Positions 22,450-33,426 of a DNA stretch of 64,000 bases are shown here, piece by piece. Position numbers and translations under genes: made by a program. How positions within the stretch are numbered: the stretch's first letter is position 1; every line of letters starts with the position of its first letter. The DNA comes from Sporosarcina sp. (GTDB taxonomy: Bacteria; Bacillota; Bacilli; Bacillales_A; Planococcaceae), in contig JARIDO010000011.1 in the NCBI GenBank assembly GCA_029263895.1, positions 5,185 through 69,184 of the forward strand, read 5' to 3'. The notes below the pieces were generated by a model. That model had not been told where the DNA came from. It was given only the letters and a program-made list of their open reading frames with translations, and searched no databases.

Positions 22450-23463
22450 ATGGAAACACAACATTTGAAAAGAAATGAATACATGGCGTGGATTGGTGGT
22501 ATTGCATTCACGTTCTTAATCGCTTTTGCAGGCTACCTACTTGCGAAGGTTCCAGGATTCAGCATGGTTGGCCAACTAGCTTGCGCCATTATAATAGCCG
22601 TTATCTACCGACAATTCATGGGATATCCTGAGAAAATAAGAACAGGTATTGCATTTTCATCGAAACGCTTATTACGATTCGCAATCATTCTATATGGTTT
22701 AAAATTGAATATCGGAGTTGTCCTAAGTGACGGGTTGGGGTTATTGGTGCGTGATGCTGGTGTGATCATATTTGCCATTCTACTAACCGTGTGGATTGGA
22801 AAAAAACTAAAAGCAAATCCAATGATTACTTTGCTGTTAGGTGTTGGAACCGGAGTATGTGGTGCAGCAGCAATTGCGGCCATTGCTCCAATTGTAAAAT
22901 CTAAAGAGGATGATACTGCAATTAGTGTCGGTATCATAGCACTCGTAGGTACTATTTTTGCTATTGGCTATACGATTGTCAGACCATTCCTTCCCATCAC
23001 AGCTGCTGAATACGGAATGTGGTCCGGAATCAGTCTTCATGAAATTGCACATGTCGCGCTGGCAGCAGAACCTGGTGGACAAGATGCACTTGCACTAGGC
23101 CTTTTAGCGAAACTTGGCCGCGTATTTTTACTTGTCCCATTATGCTTCATTTTCATGTATTTCATGAAACGTAAAAGTACCAATACTGATGAGACAGATG
23201 CAAAAATTGAATTCCCATGGTTCCTCATCGGATTCCTTGCGCTTAGTCTATTCGGAAGCTATGTGCTAGGTCATTCAATCCCAGTTTCAGAAAGTTTCAA
23301 GGACATTGTTTCAACCGTTACTACATGGTTTTTAACTGCAGCGATGGTTGGACTTGGTTTAAATGTAAGTTTACATGATGTTCGAACCAAAGCACTTAAA
23401 CCATTAATTGCAATGGGGATTACTTCTATAGTTCTTGCTGTCCTTGCTTATTTCATTATTTAA
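22450..23463 (+). CDS. YeiH family putative sulfate exporter (PSE)
   Basis: Multi-TM; LLRFAIILYG, GTGVCGAAAIAA, HEIAHV and AKLGRV motifs. Confidence 0.88.
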   Translation: METQHLKRNEYMAWIGGIAFTFLIAFAGYLLAKVPGFSMVGQLACAIIIAVIYRQFMGYPEKIRTGIAFSSKRLLRFAIILYGLKLNIGVVLSDGLGLLVRDAGVIIFAILLTVWIGKKLKANPMITLLLGVGTGVCGAAAIAAIAPIVKSKEDDTAISVGIIALVGTIFAIGYTIVRPFLPITAAEYGMWSGISLHEIAHVALAAEPGGQDALALGLLAKLGRVFLLVPLCFIFMYFMKRKSTNTDETDAKIEFPWFLIGFLALSLFGSYVLGHSIPVSESFKDIVSTVTTWFLTAAMVGLGLNVSLHDVRTKALKPLIAMGITSIVLAVLAYFII

Positions 23464-24355
23464 TAAGATTTGATAATACCTTATTTTCTCTAATCAATTC
23501 CAAAAACACTTGAACAGCCTTTGTTTGAAAAGGTGTTTGAGTGACAATTGAAAATTCACGGGTGAATGGGAGACCTTTCACCTGTATTGTCTTTAAGGTC
23601 CCTAAAGTGAGTTCTTTCCGTATTGCCCACCCAGAGAGCAAACTAATTCCAAGTCCTGATTCAACAGACTCCTTGATCAATTGAGTGCTCCCAAATTCCA
23701 TCATAGTTGGTGGTGAAATCCTCAACTGTTGAAGCAGTTCGTTTGTTGCAGATCGCGTACCCGAACCATTTTCACGAACAATCCAAGTTTCTTTTTCTAA
23801 CTCTGAAGTCTTCATTTCACTTTGCAGACTTGCAAGATGATGTTGTTTTGGAACAACGATGTGCATCATATCCTCTGCAAAAGGTTCAATCAACAAATGT
23901 TCACTATTAAACTTTCCTTCAACGATTCCCACATCTAATTGGTGACTTCGTACATATTCTTCAATTTCCCTCGTATTTCCTATTTTGATTGTTGGCTCAA
24001 TCAACGGATATTTATCCTTCATTTTCGCAATGATATGTGGCAACACATACTCCCCAAAAGTATAGCTTGCGCCAATTGATAACGTCCCTTTTGCATGATT
24101 CGTTAAATCATCAACGAGCAACTGCATTTTTTCATATAACCCCATAATCTCCTTTGCATGATGATAGACAATCTCACCCGCTTTATTTAATCGAACATAC
24201 TTATTGCTTCTTTCTAATAGCTTCGTTCCAACTTCTCGTTCTAACATTCGAACATATTGACTGACTGCTGGTTGCGTCATATGAAGTTCTTCTGCTGCCC
24301 GTGAAAAGTTTTGCCGCTCAACTACCGTTATAAAAACTCGCAAGTACTGATTCAT
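23456..24355 (-). CDS. LysR family regulator (YeiE/CysL-like)
   Basis: FSRAAEELHMTQPAVS HTH; IGASYTFGEY and RENGSGTR motifs; convergent with YeiH, 8-bp overlap. Confidence 0.9.
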   Translation of the reverse strand: MNQYLRVFITVVERQNFSRAAEELHMTQPAVSQYVRMLEREVGTKLLERSNKYVRLNKAGEIVYHHAKEIMGLYEKMQLLVDDLTNHAKGTLSIGASYTFGEYVLPHIIAKMKDKYPLIEPTIKIGNTREIEEYVRSHQLDVGIVEGKFNSEHLLIEPFAEDMMHIVVPKQHHLASLQSEMKTSELEKETWIVRENGSGTRSATNELLQQLRISPPTMMEFGSTQLIKESVESGLGISLLSGWAIRKELTLGTLKTIQVKGLPFTREFSIVTQTPFQTKAVQVFLELIRENKVLSNLIK

Positions 24356-24379
24356 ATACAATCACACCTTTAACCTTTT

Positions 24380-25105
24380 TCAAACGTCTCGTATATCCAT
24401 AATCTCTTCACCCTTTGAAAATGCATTCGTTGTCATGAATGCTTTCAATTTGCTAGCTGTTTCCCCAGCACTACTGAGTTGGCCCTGACTTTTGTAATCT
24501 ATAAATCGATCAAGTAGAGGAAAATCCTGCACACTACTTTTTCGTATTTTCTCTTGCATCGTTGTATCAATTATACCAGGCGCTATCGATACGATTTCCA
24601 CAGGATAGTCTTCATGTATTTGTTCAAGGGCTACAACTCTCGTAAAATGATCAATCCCCGCTTTTGTTGCACAATAAGTTCCCCAACCTTCATAAGCGTG
24701 TCGGCCCGCACCTGATGAAATGTTAATAATACGCTTCGTGCCTTTAAAATCACTTAATTGCGAGATAAATGCATTCGATAAAATGATAGGAGCATTCAAA
24801 TTCACAGCTAATGCATGGGTAATTTCAGTGGATTTGATAGTACCAATCCGTCCTATCGGATCCACAGTTGCCGCATTATTAATCAATGTAAACGATGTTG
24901 CATTAGCAGGAGCCATTGAAAACATTACTTCCATAAGTTCCTCTAATTTTTCAGTTTCTGCAAGGTCACCTTCAATAAAAATAATGCCCTCCATCGCTGT
25001 TTCGGTCCGCGCTACCCCAATCACAAAATTCCCTTCTAAACTTAATTGCTTCGCAAGCTCATGTCCAATCCCCTTAGATGCGCCGGTAATTAAGTAAACA
25101 TTCAT
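24380..25105 (-). CDS. Short-chain dehydrogenase (YueD/benzil reductase-like)
   Basis: TGASKGIG, NNA, NISSGA, YCATK and PGIIDT motifs. Confidence 0.85.
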   Translation of the reverse strand: MNVYLITGASKGIGHELAKQLSLEGNFVIGVARTETAMEGIIFIEGDLAETEKLEELMEVMFSMAPANATSFTLINNAATVDPIGRIGTIKSTEITHALAVNLNAPIILSNAFISQLSDFKGTKRIINISSGAGRHAYEGWGTYCATKAGIDHFTRVVALEQIHEDYPVEIVSIAPGIIDTTMQEKIRKSSVQDFPLLDRFIDYKSQGQLSSAGETASKLKAFMTTNAFSKGEEIMDIRDV

Positions 25106-25292
25106 CTATTCCCCTCCTATATTATCAAGTCAAAAATCATCTACAGTTGTCTCGAAATCCAATAATTCAATGGAATTTCATTTACTTCATAACCAATGTA
25201 CCGTATCGAACGACCATTGTAAAAATTCATTTCATCTAAAAACGGCTCCAACAAAAAAATCTTGCTCAATAAAGAGCAAGATTTCATCGTTT

Positions 25293-25838
25293 TTATTCAA
25301 ACACTTTGATTTTCACATTTTTACGGCCCCACTTGTAGGCTTCACCTTTCGTAGGTATGAATACATCAATCTTGTTTCCTTTAATGGCACTTCCTATATC
25401 TCCTGCAATTGCATATCCATAACCTTCTACCCACACTTTTGATCCTAGTTTGATGACACTCGGATCTACAGCGATTACTTTTAAATCTGAATTGCTGTTC
25501 AAATTAATACCCGTTTTCGTAATACCAGAACAACCATTGCAGTTAGCTGTATAAGCGGTTGCAGATGCAGTGAACTCTTTCACTACTTTGCTACTGTCAC
25601 CTCTAGATGGTGTATTTGTTGAATCTGTGAGTTTAACTACTTGTTGTGGAAATATCAGGTTAGACGTTAAGGCATTAATAGACTTCAACGTTGCAACAGA
25701 TAGATTATTTTCTCTTGCAATCTGATAAAGTGTATCACCCTCTTGAATTGTATATGTTGAGGATGCGGCGAAACTTTCGTGACCTCCGCTAACCAGTAGT
25801 GCCATTGTGACAACAAGTGCTCCTAAAACTTTTCTCAA
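25293..25838 (-). CDS. Secreted LysM + 3D-domain cell-wall hydrolase (YocH-like)
   Basis: Signal peptide; LysM YTIQEGDTLYQIA; 3D domain ATAY...IAVDP...AGD.GSAIKGNKID. Confidence 0.9.
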   Translation of the reverse strand: MRKVLGALVVTMALLVSGGHESFAASSTYTIQEGDTLYQIARENNLSVATLKSINALTSNLIFPQQVVKLTDSTNTPSRGDSSKVVKEFTASATAYTANCNGCSGITKTGINLNSNSDLKVIAVDPSVIKLGSKVWVEGYGYAIAGDIGSAIKGNKIDVFIPTKGEAYKWGRKNVKIKVFE

Positions 25839-25960
25839 TTGCTCATCTCCTAGCGATTTAGTCTATAATTATCCTAACAAGTTAGTATTTCGATTGTGTT
25901 ACAGAAAGCATCCTATCGTATTACAATTTTCGACACTATATTACAAAAGACGACTAATCC

Positions 25961-26400
25961 TTGATGAAAGATGTTTTCATAAGGAAAGCAAACTCTGCTG
26001 ATGCGCAAGAAATAACCGTGCTTCTAAGTCTCTATCAATGGTTTACGTATCGCCATTTATTTTATAATGAATATATTGAGAAGTTAATTACTAATTATTA
26101 CAATGTTGAACGTATCATTGAAAAAATATCATATATAAACCTGAAATGGCACGGATATTTCATTGCACAACTGAATTTTAAAATTGTTCGTGTCATCGGC
26201 AGAGTGATGATTGATGACACAGTTGCAAAAATATATGTTTTCTACTTAGACTTTCCCATTAGAAACATGAGAATCGGAACACATTTGTTAGATTTTATAC
26301 GAAAATTCAAACACACATATAGTGCTAAAGACAAGTGGATATATATATAGTGGAAGGAACTATTATGATAGTCCTTTTAAAAAGCACGTATCTTCGTCTT
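25961..26400 (+). pseudogene. Eroded GNAT acetyltransferase
   Basis: IRKAN..DA start and YVFYLD..R..RIGTHLL motif A with lost glycines; premature stop after an (AT)n run; degenerate GN..GIPFYEARGF-like tail beyond the stop. Confidence 0.6.
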
Positions 26401-26654
26401 TCATCATGTGGAACTTTCTTGCGGAACAACGACCAATAACAAAGATTATTTTTTGAAATTTGAAAAGGAATTCAACTCTCAATTCATCCACTTTACTAAA
26501 AATGAATTTAGCTATTGATGCCTTACCATTTCGTAGACAATGGTTAGTTTTTGTTAAAACGTTGGCATTGCCAGTAATATATTGCATACCTTTATTCTGA
26601 TAGCGCTATCATGTATACTTTATTAATAAAGTCATAATTAGGATGTGATTCAGG

Positions 26655-27317
26655 ATGCCAGTACCAATAGATCATTCTAAACCCGTTAGAAAAACCGCAA
26701 AAGAAAATACATTTAACCAGCTACAACAATGGATTATTGATGGTACATTACATCCCGGAGAAAAGCTTAATGATACAGAGCTTGCAAATGCCCTTGGCGT
26801 TAGTAGAACCCCAGTACGCGAATCATTACAACTATTGGAAGTTCAAGGATTTGTAAAGATGTTTCCTGGTAAAGCAACGCAAGTTACTGAAGTCGAAAAA
26901 GAGTCCATTACAGATTTACTACCACCCCTTGCAGCATTACAAGCCTTATCAGCAGAATTAGCGATTCCACATCTCACTACCGAGATCATTCATCAGCTTG
27001 AAGAAACGAACGCAATTTTTGCAAATGCAGTCCATCGACAAGATTATTTTTCTGCACTCAAGATTGATGAATCTTTTCATCAACTCATTGTAGACACTGC
27101 AAAAAATCCTTATATTTTGTCAATGCTTGAATCCCTACAAGCTCATGTACGACGTTTATTCTTTCATAATTCAATTGTGTTAACTGAAAAATCCATAAAG
27201 GAGCATAACCAGGTGATCGAATTATTAAAGAAAAGAGATTTGGTCAACGTATCAACTGTAATGAGGGATAATTGGTTACGCGCAATTGAAGAGTTTCATT
27301 CACTCAAAGAAGACTAA
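26655..27317 (+). CDS. GntR family regulator (FCD domain)
   Basis: LHPGEKL...LGVSRTPVRESL HTH; DESFH and NPY motifs. Confidence 0.9.
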   Translation: MPVPIDHSKPVRKTAKENTFNQLQQWIIDGTLHPGEKLNDTELANALGVSRTPVRESLQLLEVQGFVKMFPGKATQVTEVEKESITDLLPPLAALQALSAELAIPHLTTEIIHQLEETNAIFANAVHRQDYFSALKIDESFHQLIVDTAKNPYILSMLESLQAHVRRLFFHNSIVLTEKSIKEHNQVIELLKKRDLVNVSTVMRDNWLRAIEEFHSLKED

Positions 27318-27351
27318 AACAAAACCGACCCTATAAGGTCGGTTTTGTTTT
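27316..27351. terminator. Bidirectional terminator GntR/brnQ
   Basis: AAAACAAAACCGACC...GGTCGGTTTTGTTTT. Confidence 0.85.
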
Positions 27352-28714
27352 AGTCTTTATTCGTTATTTTTTTCACAAGTACGATTAGGCCGACAATACA
27401 TATCATAATCGACATCACTACACCAACTGGCAATAGCCATCCAAGCCCATCAGCATACAAAGGAAGCGTCCGCTCGTAAAACTTAAGAATAGGTGATATC
27501 AAATGAGAATAAGGTAAATGGAGTAACTCAAACCCATTGTATAGTAAGTCTGGCGTAACAACCAATAAGGTTGTCAGTGTTGTCGAAACATAAACAATTC
27601 GTTTGTGTTTGAATAGTGGTGATAAGAACGTCAACACCATCAAGACGACAGCTAGAGGATATAAAAACATTAATACAGGAATTGAATAGTTAATAATTTG
27701 CTCTAATCCAGAATTCGCTACATAAAAACAAAAGAGTGTGAAAAAGGTTACAAAAACTTTGTAGCTAATTTTCGGGATGAGCATATGAAAATATTCTCCG
27801 CATGCTGTCATCAGTCCAATGCTCGTTGTTAAGCATGCTAATATGATGACAATCGCTAGCATAACTGAACCAAATTCTCCAAAGTAATGGGAGGATGCTG
27901 CACTCAAAACGGGACCCCCTGTATCAAATACACCAAAAAGCGTTGTACTTGTAGCTCCCAAATAACCAATCCCTATATAGAGAATAGCTAAGAACCCAAT
28001 TGCGACTAGACCCGTTTTTGCTGTTGCAACTAAAATGCCACGCTTGTCTATAACTCCCATTGCGCGAATTGCAGTAATAACAATAATTCCAAACACTAGA
28101 GATGCAAGTGCATCCATTGTATTGTACCCTGCTGTAAATCCTTTTATAAAAGCACCATTCGTGTATTCGGCCTGTGGGTCTCCAAATTCGCCCATCGGCT
28201 TCAGCACTACCGCGGCTAACAAACCAAGAAGTAGAACAATGATAATCGGTGATAATATCTTGCCAATACGATCGACTAGCTTTAATGGATTTAACGCTAA
28301 CCACAGCGTAAGTCCAAAAAATAGAGCTGTAAATATGAGTAGACCCTTTTCTTGAAAACTTTCATCTACGAAAGGTGCAATTCCGACAGTATAGGCAACA
28401 GCGCCTGTTCTCGGAGCTGCAAAGAATGGACCAATCGTCAAATAGAGTAGTGAAGTAAAAATAACTCCATAGATCGGATGAACCCTACTTGCAAGTTGCT
28501 GCAAATTATCACTACCTGAAAAGCCCATTGCTAAAATTCCTAAAAACGGTAAACCTACTCCTGTAATTAAAAACCCTATCATAGCAGGCCAAAAATGATT
28601 TCCCGCTAATTGGCCAAGTTCAGCTGGAAAGATTAAATTACCTGCTCCAAAAAATAAAGCAAATAGCATAACCCCTATTAATACATAAGACGAAAATGAT
28701 ATTTTTTGTTGCAT
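27350..28714 (-). CDS. brnQ: Branched-chain amino acid transporter (LIVCS)
   Basis: FALFFGAGNLIFP, IGPFFAAPRT, GYNTMDALAS and LACLTT motifs; ATG 28714 after AGGAGG. Confidence 0.93.
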   Translation of the reverse strand: MQQKISFSSYVLIGVMLFALFFGAGNLIFPAELGQLAGNHFWPAMIGFLITGVGLPFLGILAMGFSGSDNLQQLASRVHPIYGVIFTSLLYLTIGPFFAAPRTGAVAYTVGIAPFVDESFQEKGLLIFTALFFGLTLWLALNPLKLVDRIGKILSPIIIVLLLGLLAAVVLKPMGEFGDPQAEYTNGAFIKGFTAGYNTMDALASLVFGIIVITAIRAMGVIDKRGILVATAKTGLVAIGFLAILYIGIGYLGATSTTLFGVFDTGGPVLSAASSHYFGEFGSVMLAIVIILACLTTSIGLMTACGEYFHMLIPKISYKVFVTFFTLFCFYVANSGLEQIINYSIPVLMFLYPLAVVLMVLTFLSPLFKHKRIVYVSTTLTTLLVVTPDLLYNGFELLHLPYSHLISPILKFYERTLPLYADGLGWLLPVGVVMSIMICIVGLIVLVKKITNKD

Positions 28715-28993
28715 AGATGGTGTTCCTCCTTGGGTGCTATAACTTATATGCAATATATCAGTGAAGTTTATCCTAAACTAATCCTAACAAAATTGCAATA
28801 TACTATAGAGAAACAGAAATATTCTGCCAAGTATTAAAACAATTATTTTGAGTTTGAAATAATAATGACCTCTTCTCGTTCAAAACACATTAGACAAGTG
28901 CTCTTGTTATTTAGTCCTTCTCTTAAACGAAATAAATGGTCACAAACTAAAAAGCATGCCCCCTATAAAATGGAGGCATGCTCTCATCCTAAT

Positions 28994-31900
28994 TCACTTA
29001 ATGGTAAACTTCGTTTTACTATGACCCTCTTTTAACTTTTCGACTTCAAGTATCGCTGGGAATGCGGCTTTTAGTTCTTCTACATGTGAAATAACGCCAA
29101 TTAACCGACCAGACTTTTGTAAATCGATAAGCGTATCAATAGCCTTATTTAATGATTCTTCATCCAAAGAACCAAACCCTTCGTCTATAAACATTGTTTC
29201 TATAGATACGGAGCCTTGAAAACTTTGAATGACGTCTGACATACCAAGCGCTAAACATAGCGATGCATTAAATTTCTCTCCTCCAGATAACGTTTTAACA
29301 TCACGTGTTTGGCCCGTATACGCATCATACACTGCAATGCCCAAGCCGCTCTGTTTACCATGTGTTTCCTGACGATCACTGCGCATCAATTCGAATTGAC
29401 CATTCGACAACGTTTTTAAACGCTCGTTAGCAGATTGAATAATTCTTTCTAAATAATCAATTTGAATATAACGTTCAAACGATAGCTTTATTTCATTATG
29501 ACCTCTAAGAATATCATATAAATCTGTAATCTTATTAACTTTCATTTCTAAAGTTGACAAGCTACTGACTGCTTTTTCTATACTGTTTTTAATCGAAATG
29601 GCGATTCTTTCATATTCCATTGAATGATTATAAGTAGACAATGCTGTTTCGTACGCTCGCTTTTTCTCATCAACAAACATTTGCATTGCCTGAAGGTCTA
29701 CATGTTCTTTCCCTTCTAGATGTTTCGTTAATTCAGTTACAGCAGCTAGTAATGAATGGAATTGCTCATTAAACTTCTCAAGTTCTTGTTTCAACGTTTG
29801 GCGATCGTTTTCAGGCATTTTTGATTCGTAATATTTTTCTGCAGAATTAAATTTCGATTTAGTCAATGCCCCATTAAATTTATTTTCAATCAAATGTTTT
29901 TTTTCATGTAGTTCTTTAAGAATAGTAGTTGCATGTAAGTGATTGGATTGTGCCACAGTTAGTATTTCCATAGACTTCTCTCGATTTTGTTGGGCATCAC
30001 GCCACGCATCATCCAGCTTGCGTTTTTGTGATTCACAATCAACAATTCGCTGCTTAAGTTCGGATAATACTCTCATATCTACTGGAATTTCTTGAATCTC
30101 TAAGTCAATTAAAGCAGATTCTTTTTCATAATCTGCTTGTAAGCGTAATAATTCCTTCTCCGTGTCAGTCTTCTCCAATGCTAAGTTCTCAACTACCAAC
30201 CCTTGTTTCTTTAATTGAACTTTTAGCTCAGAGAGTGTTTCTCGACTCTTTCGGAGTTCATCAACTTCTTTTTCCAAATCAATCGTCGCTGTCTCCAAAT
30301 CAGCATCTTTACCTTTTATGTCTTCACGTTCAATTTCCTGATTCTTCTCGTTCAATTGTTCAACATTTGTTTTATATTTAGCTTCAATTGTTCGATATTT
30401 ACTTTCCACTTCCACCAGTTTAATCTTCTCTACATCTAACTCTTCCCTAGTAATGTTGATTTTATCGGTCATATTACTTATGAATGGATGTTCTAAACTT
30501 CCACATACCGGACACGCTTCTCCTTCATGGAGGTTTTCCGCCAACAATGCAGCTTGGTTAGTTAACCAGCTTGTTTCTAATTCAGTATATATTGCTCTTT
30601 GCTGCTCAAATGTCGTTTGTATTGTTTGTAAGTCTTTTTTAAAATTTGAAGTAGTCTGTTGTAGCTTGTTGTACTCTTTAAGCATTTTATATTTGTTTTT
30701 TAAGTCGATTAGTTTCTCGGATTTCTTTTCAAAGTGAAGTAGTTTATTTTCAAGAACTTCTACGTCTTTTTGAGCACCCGTTCGTGTTTCTGATTCCGAA
30801 TCAACTTTGTCTTGTAGTTGACACACCTTTTCTTCAAGTTCAACGATTTTACTTTTCATTTTAGTTAGTGCTTGCTCTTTGTCACTCAACTTAGACACGA
30901 TAGGCAGGTGCATGTTTAACTTGTACAATCGCTCAGACATTTGTTCCCGTTGAACTTGATTGGCTTCCTCTAAATGAAATTGCTCTTCTGCTTTTTCCTT
31001 GTCTTTAGTTGCGGTTTCAAGAGAAAGTTGCGCGTTGGCAAAAGCTTCTTTCTTCACAGCTACTTCTTCGTTTAAAGAAGTAAGTTGTATTTCGATTTCT
31101 TCTATTACTGCTGCTCTTTCTGCATATTCCAGTTGTTGAGCTCTATGATCCATACTCGCTTTTTGTTGCTCTTTTTCTTTCAACAAAGTTTGTTTTTGAT
31201 TTAATTCGTTTAATCGTTCATTTAGATTGTTCGCCTCATGAAAAGCGGACATTGAGTCCGCATGCTTTTTCTCCGCTTCGACATAGCCTTTCTTATCAGC
31301 AATTATTTTCTCATTGTAGTACGTTATTTCTTCTAGTAATCCTTCAATTACCTGGTGAGAATTGTGAACTTCAGTAGATATTACTTCGAAAACCGTTGAT
31401 TCCCTTGCAGGTAGTAACGATTGAATTTGAGCAATTAACCCTTTTACGGTTTGATCGCCACTTACAAATTCTTTTAGCGCTTCATCTTTTCGATATTTAA
31501 GTTTCTCTACAATTTCGCGATAATTGTCTGTTTTAAATATCTTTCTTAAAATTGATTCTTTATTGTCTGTATCTGATGTTAAGAATTTCCTGAATTCTCC
31601 TTGTGGGAGCATTACAATTTGACTAAATTGTGCTTGTGTAAAACCGATGAGTTGCTCTACTTTTTTATTTATTTCAGAAACAATTTGGCGGTCGACAAGC
31701 GGTACTTCATAGTCATCTTTAATTTCATACAATTCGATTCTACCAGCTGTTTCAGTCTTATTCCCCTTCTTTAAATAAGGAATTTGACGCATGATGCGGT
31801 ATTTTCGTTTCTGTATTGCAAATAACAGTTCCACTGTCGTTTGAACAGAGTCATCTGCAAAGTCACTTCTCATGGCACGGAAATCCGTTCGGTCTTCGCC

Positions 31901-32071
31901 GCTCGCTTGTCCGTAAAGAGCGAAACTAATACCATCAAATATAGTTGTTTTCCCTGCTCCCGTTGCGCCCGAGACAACAAAGAGATTATTATCTCGGAGT
32001 TCAGTGAAATCGATGTCTTCTTGCCCTTTATACGGTCCAAATGCCGTCATGGTTAGTCGAATCGGCCTCAT
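28994..32071 (-). CDS. sbcC: SMC-like nuclease ATPase subunit
   Basis: GATGAGKT, LPQGEF, CPVCGS zinc hook, LSGGE and FIDEGFGSLD motifs. Confidence 0.95.
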   Translation of the reverse strand: MRPIRLTMTAFGPYKGQEDIDFTELRDNNLFVVSGATGAGKTTIFDGISFALYGQASGEDRTDFRAMRSDFADDSVQTTVELLFAIQKRKYRIMRQIPYLKKGNKTETAGRIELYEIKDDYEVPLVDRQIVSEINKKVEQLIGFTQAQFSQIVMLPQGEFRKFLTSDTDNKESILRKIFKTDNYREIVEKLKYRKDEALKEFVSGDQTVKGLIAQIQSLLPARESTVFEVISTEVHNSHQVIEGLLEEITYYNEKIIADKKGYVEAEKKHADSMSAFHEANNLNERLNELNQKQTLLKEKEQQKASMDHRAQQLEYAERAAVIEEIEIQLTSLNEEVAVKKEAFANAQLSLETATKDKEKAEEQFHLEEANQVQREQMSERLYKLNMHLPIVSKLSDKEQALTKMKSKIVELEEKVCQLQDKVDSESETRTGAQKDVEVLENKLLHFEKKSEKLIDLKNKYKMLKEYNKLQQTTSNFKKDLQTIQTTFEQQRAIYTELETSWLTNQAALLAENLHEGEACPVCGSLEHPFISNMTDKINITREELDVEKIKLVEVESKYRTIEAKYKTNVEQLNEKNQEIEREDIKGKDADLETATIDLEKEVDELRKSRETLSELKVQLKKQGLVVENLALEKTDTEKELLRLQADYEKESALIDLEIQEIPVDMRVLSELKQRIVDCESQKRKLDDAWRDAQQNREKSMEILTVAQSNHLHATTILKELHEKKHLIENKFNGALTKSKFNSAEKYYESKMPENDRQTLKQELEKFNEQFHSLLAAVTELTKHLEGKEHVDLQAMQMFVDEKKRAYETALSTYNHSMEYERIAISIKNSIEKAVSSLSTLEMKVNKITDLYDILRGHNEIKLSFERYIQIDYLERIIQSANERLKTLSNGQFELMRSDRQETHGKQSGLGIAVYDAYTGQTRDVKTLSGGEKFNASLCLALGMSDVIQSFQGSVSIETMFIDEGFGSLDEESLNKAIDTLIDLQKSGRLIGVISHVEELKAAFPAILEVEKLKEGHSKTKFTIK

Positions 32072-33225
32072 TCTCTTCCCCCCTCGTCATTCATCACTTC
32101 GTGCAAAACTTCAGTAAATAAAGACAGTGTATCCTGTTCTGCTTCATGCCCTTTCATCGTTTCATAAAATGAAGTGAATAACGCTAAATCATCTTGCTTA
32201 TGTGATTTCTGATGAGTCAATGCTTCAACGTTCGATGTGGGGGTAGTTATTTTTCGTTCAATATGCATTGCATTTGGAAAAACTGACCGTACTTTTTCCA
32301 TTGGTAATAGAATAGGCGTATTGTCTAGTAATTTAACAAATATATATTCTTCACTTACTGGAAGTTTCAATATATCCGCCATTGTTCCTTCGACAGTTCG
32401 TAATTCATGTAATGGCGTTAATAAGCGTTTTTCAATCGTAACATTCCCATCACCATCTAACTGTACAATTGAAAAACCTTTTTTATGACGCTCTTCTGAA
32501 ATCGAATATTTTAATGGTGAACCTGCATAACGGATCGTTTCATCTAATACAAAATGGGCTTGATGTAAATGACCCAATGCAGTGTAGTGAAACGGTTCAA
32601 ATAGGCGTGCCGAAACATATTCAGCTCCACCGATTGCAAGTGGTCTTTCGGAGTCACTTGTATTTTCTTCACTTTCACCATTTTTCGTTACAAATGCATG
32701 TCCAACAAATACATGGCGAGCTCTGTCATCCAATTGTTCGTTTATACTATCCACAACTTTTTTCATGGCTAATTGATGCGTTATAACCGAATCATCATTA
32801 AAAACGTGTTTTACTACGGAAGGATCTGCGAATGGGATTAGGTGAAAATGCACTTCGCCAAATTCATCATTTAAAATAACGGGATTCATGATGTCATTTA
32901 ACTGGCCCACAATATGATAGCCATTATCACGCATCAAACCGCTTCCAAAATGAAGTCTTCCCGGGCTATCATGATTACCACCGATTGCTAACACTGGTGT
33001 CTTTAGATCCATAACGATTTCGGCTAAAACATCATCTAACAACGCAACGGCTTCAGTTGGTGGAACTGCACGATCATATAAATCCCCAGCAATCACAACT
33101 GCATCTGGTTTTTCTAATTTTACGGCATCCACAAATTGACGTAATACAAAGCGTTGATCTTCAGTCATATATACTCCTTGGACCAATTTACCTAGATGCC
33201 AGTCTGCTGTATGAAAAAACTTCAT
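32068..33225 (-). CDS. sbcD: Exonuclease SbcCD subunit D
   Basis: HTADWHLG, AGDLYD, GNHD and ALGHLH motifs. Confidence 0.95.
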   Translation of the reverse strand: MKFFHTADWHLGKLVQGVYMTEDQRFVLRQFVDAVKLEKPDAVVIAGDLYDRAVPPTEAVALLDDVLAEIVMDLKTPVLAIGGNHDSPGRLHFGSGLMRDNGYHIVGQLNDIMNPVILNDEFGEVHFHLIPFADPSVVKHVFNDDSVITHQLAMKKVVDSINEQLDDRARHVFVGHAFVTKNGESEENTSDSERPLAIGGAEYVSARLFEPFHYTALGHLHQAHFVLDETIRYAGSPLKYSISEERHKKGFSIVQLDGDGNVTIEKRLLTPLHELRTVEGTMADILKLPVSEEYIFVKLLDNTPILLPMEKVRSVFPNAMHIERKITTPTSNVEALTHQKSHKQDDLALFTSFYETMKGHEAEQDTLSLFTEVLHEVMNDEGGRE

Positions 33226-33426
33226 TCATTTCAACCCTCTCTTGCTTCTTTCATTCTACTTTACAGTAATTCAGCCAAAAGTTGAAGTTCATAGAAAAGC
33301 TTTATATAACGAAAACAAGACATCTAAAGTAGCAGATGTCTTGTTTTGGTAGCGTGCATTATTGTATCAACCTCTTTAAATATTTAAAGAGAGGAGAATC
33401 TATTCTTTAGTTTTCTTTGTAGCAAT

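Noticed and set aside
26363-26587. 74-aa minus-strand ORF
   Set aside because: It overlaps the decayed GNAT tail and the GntR operator motif, with no recognisable domain.
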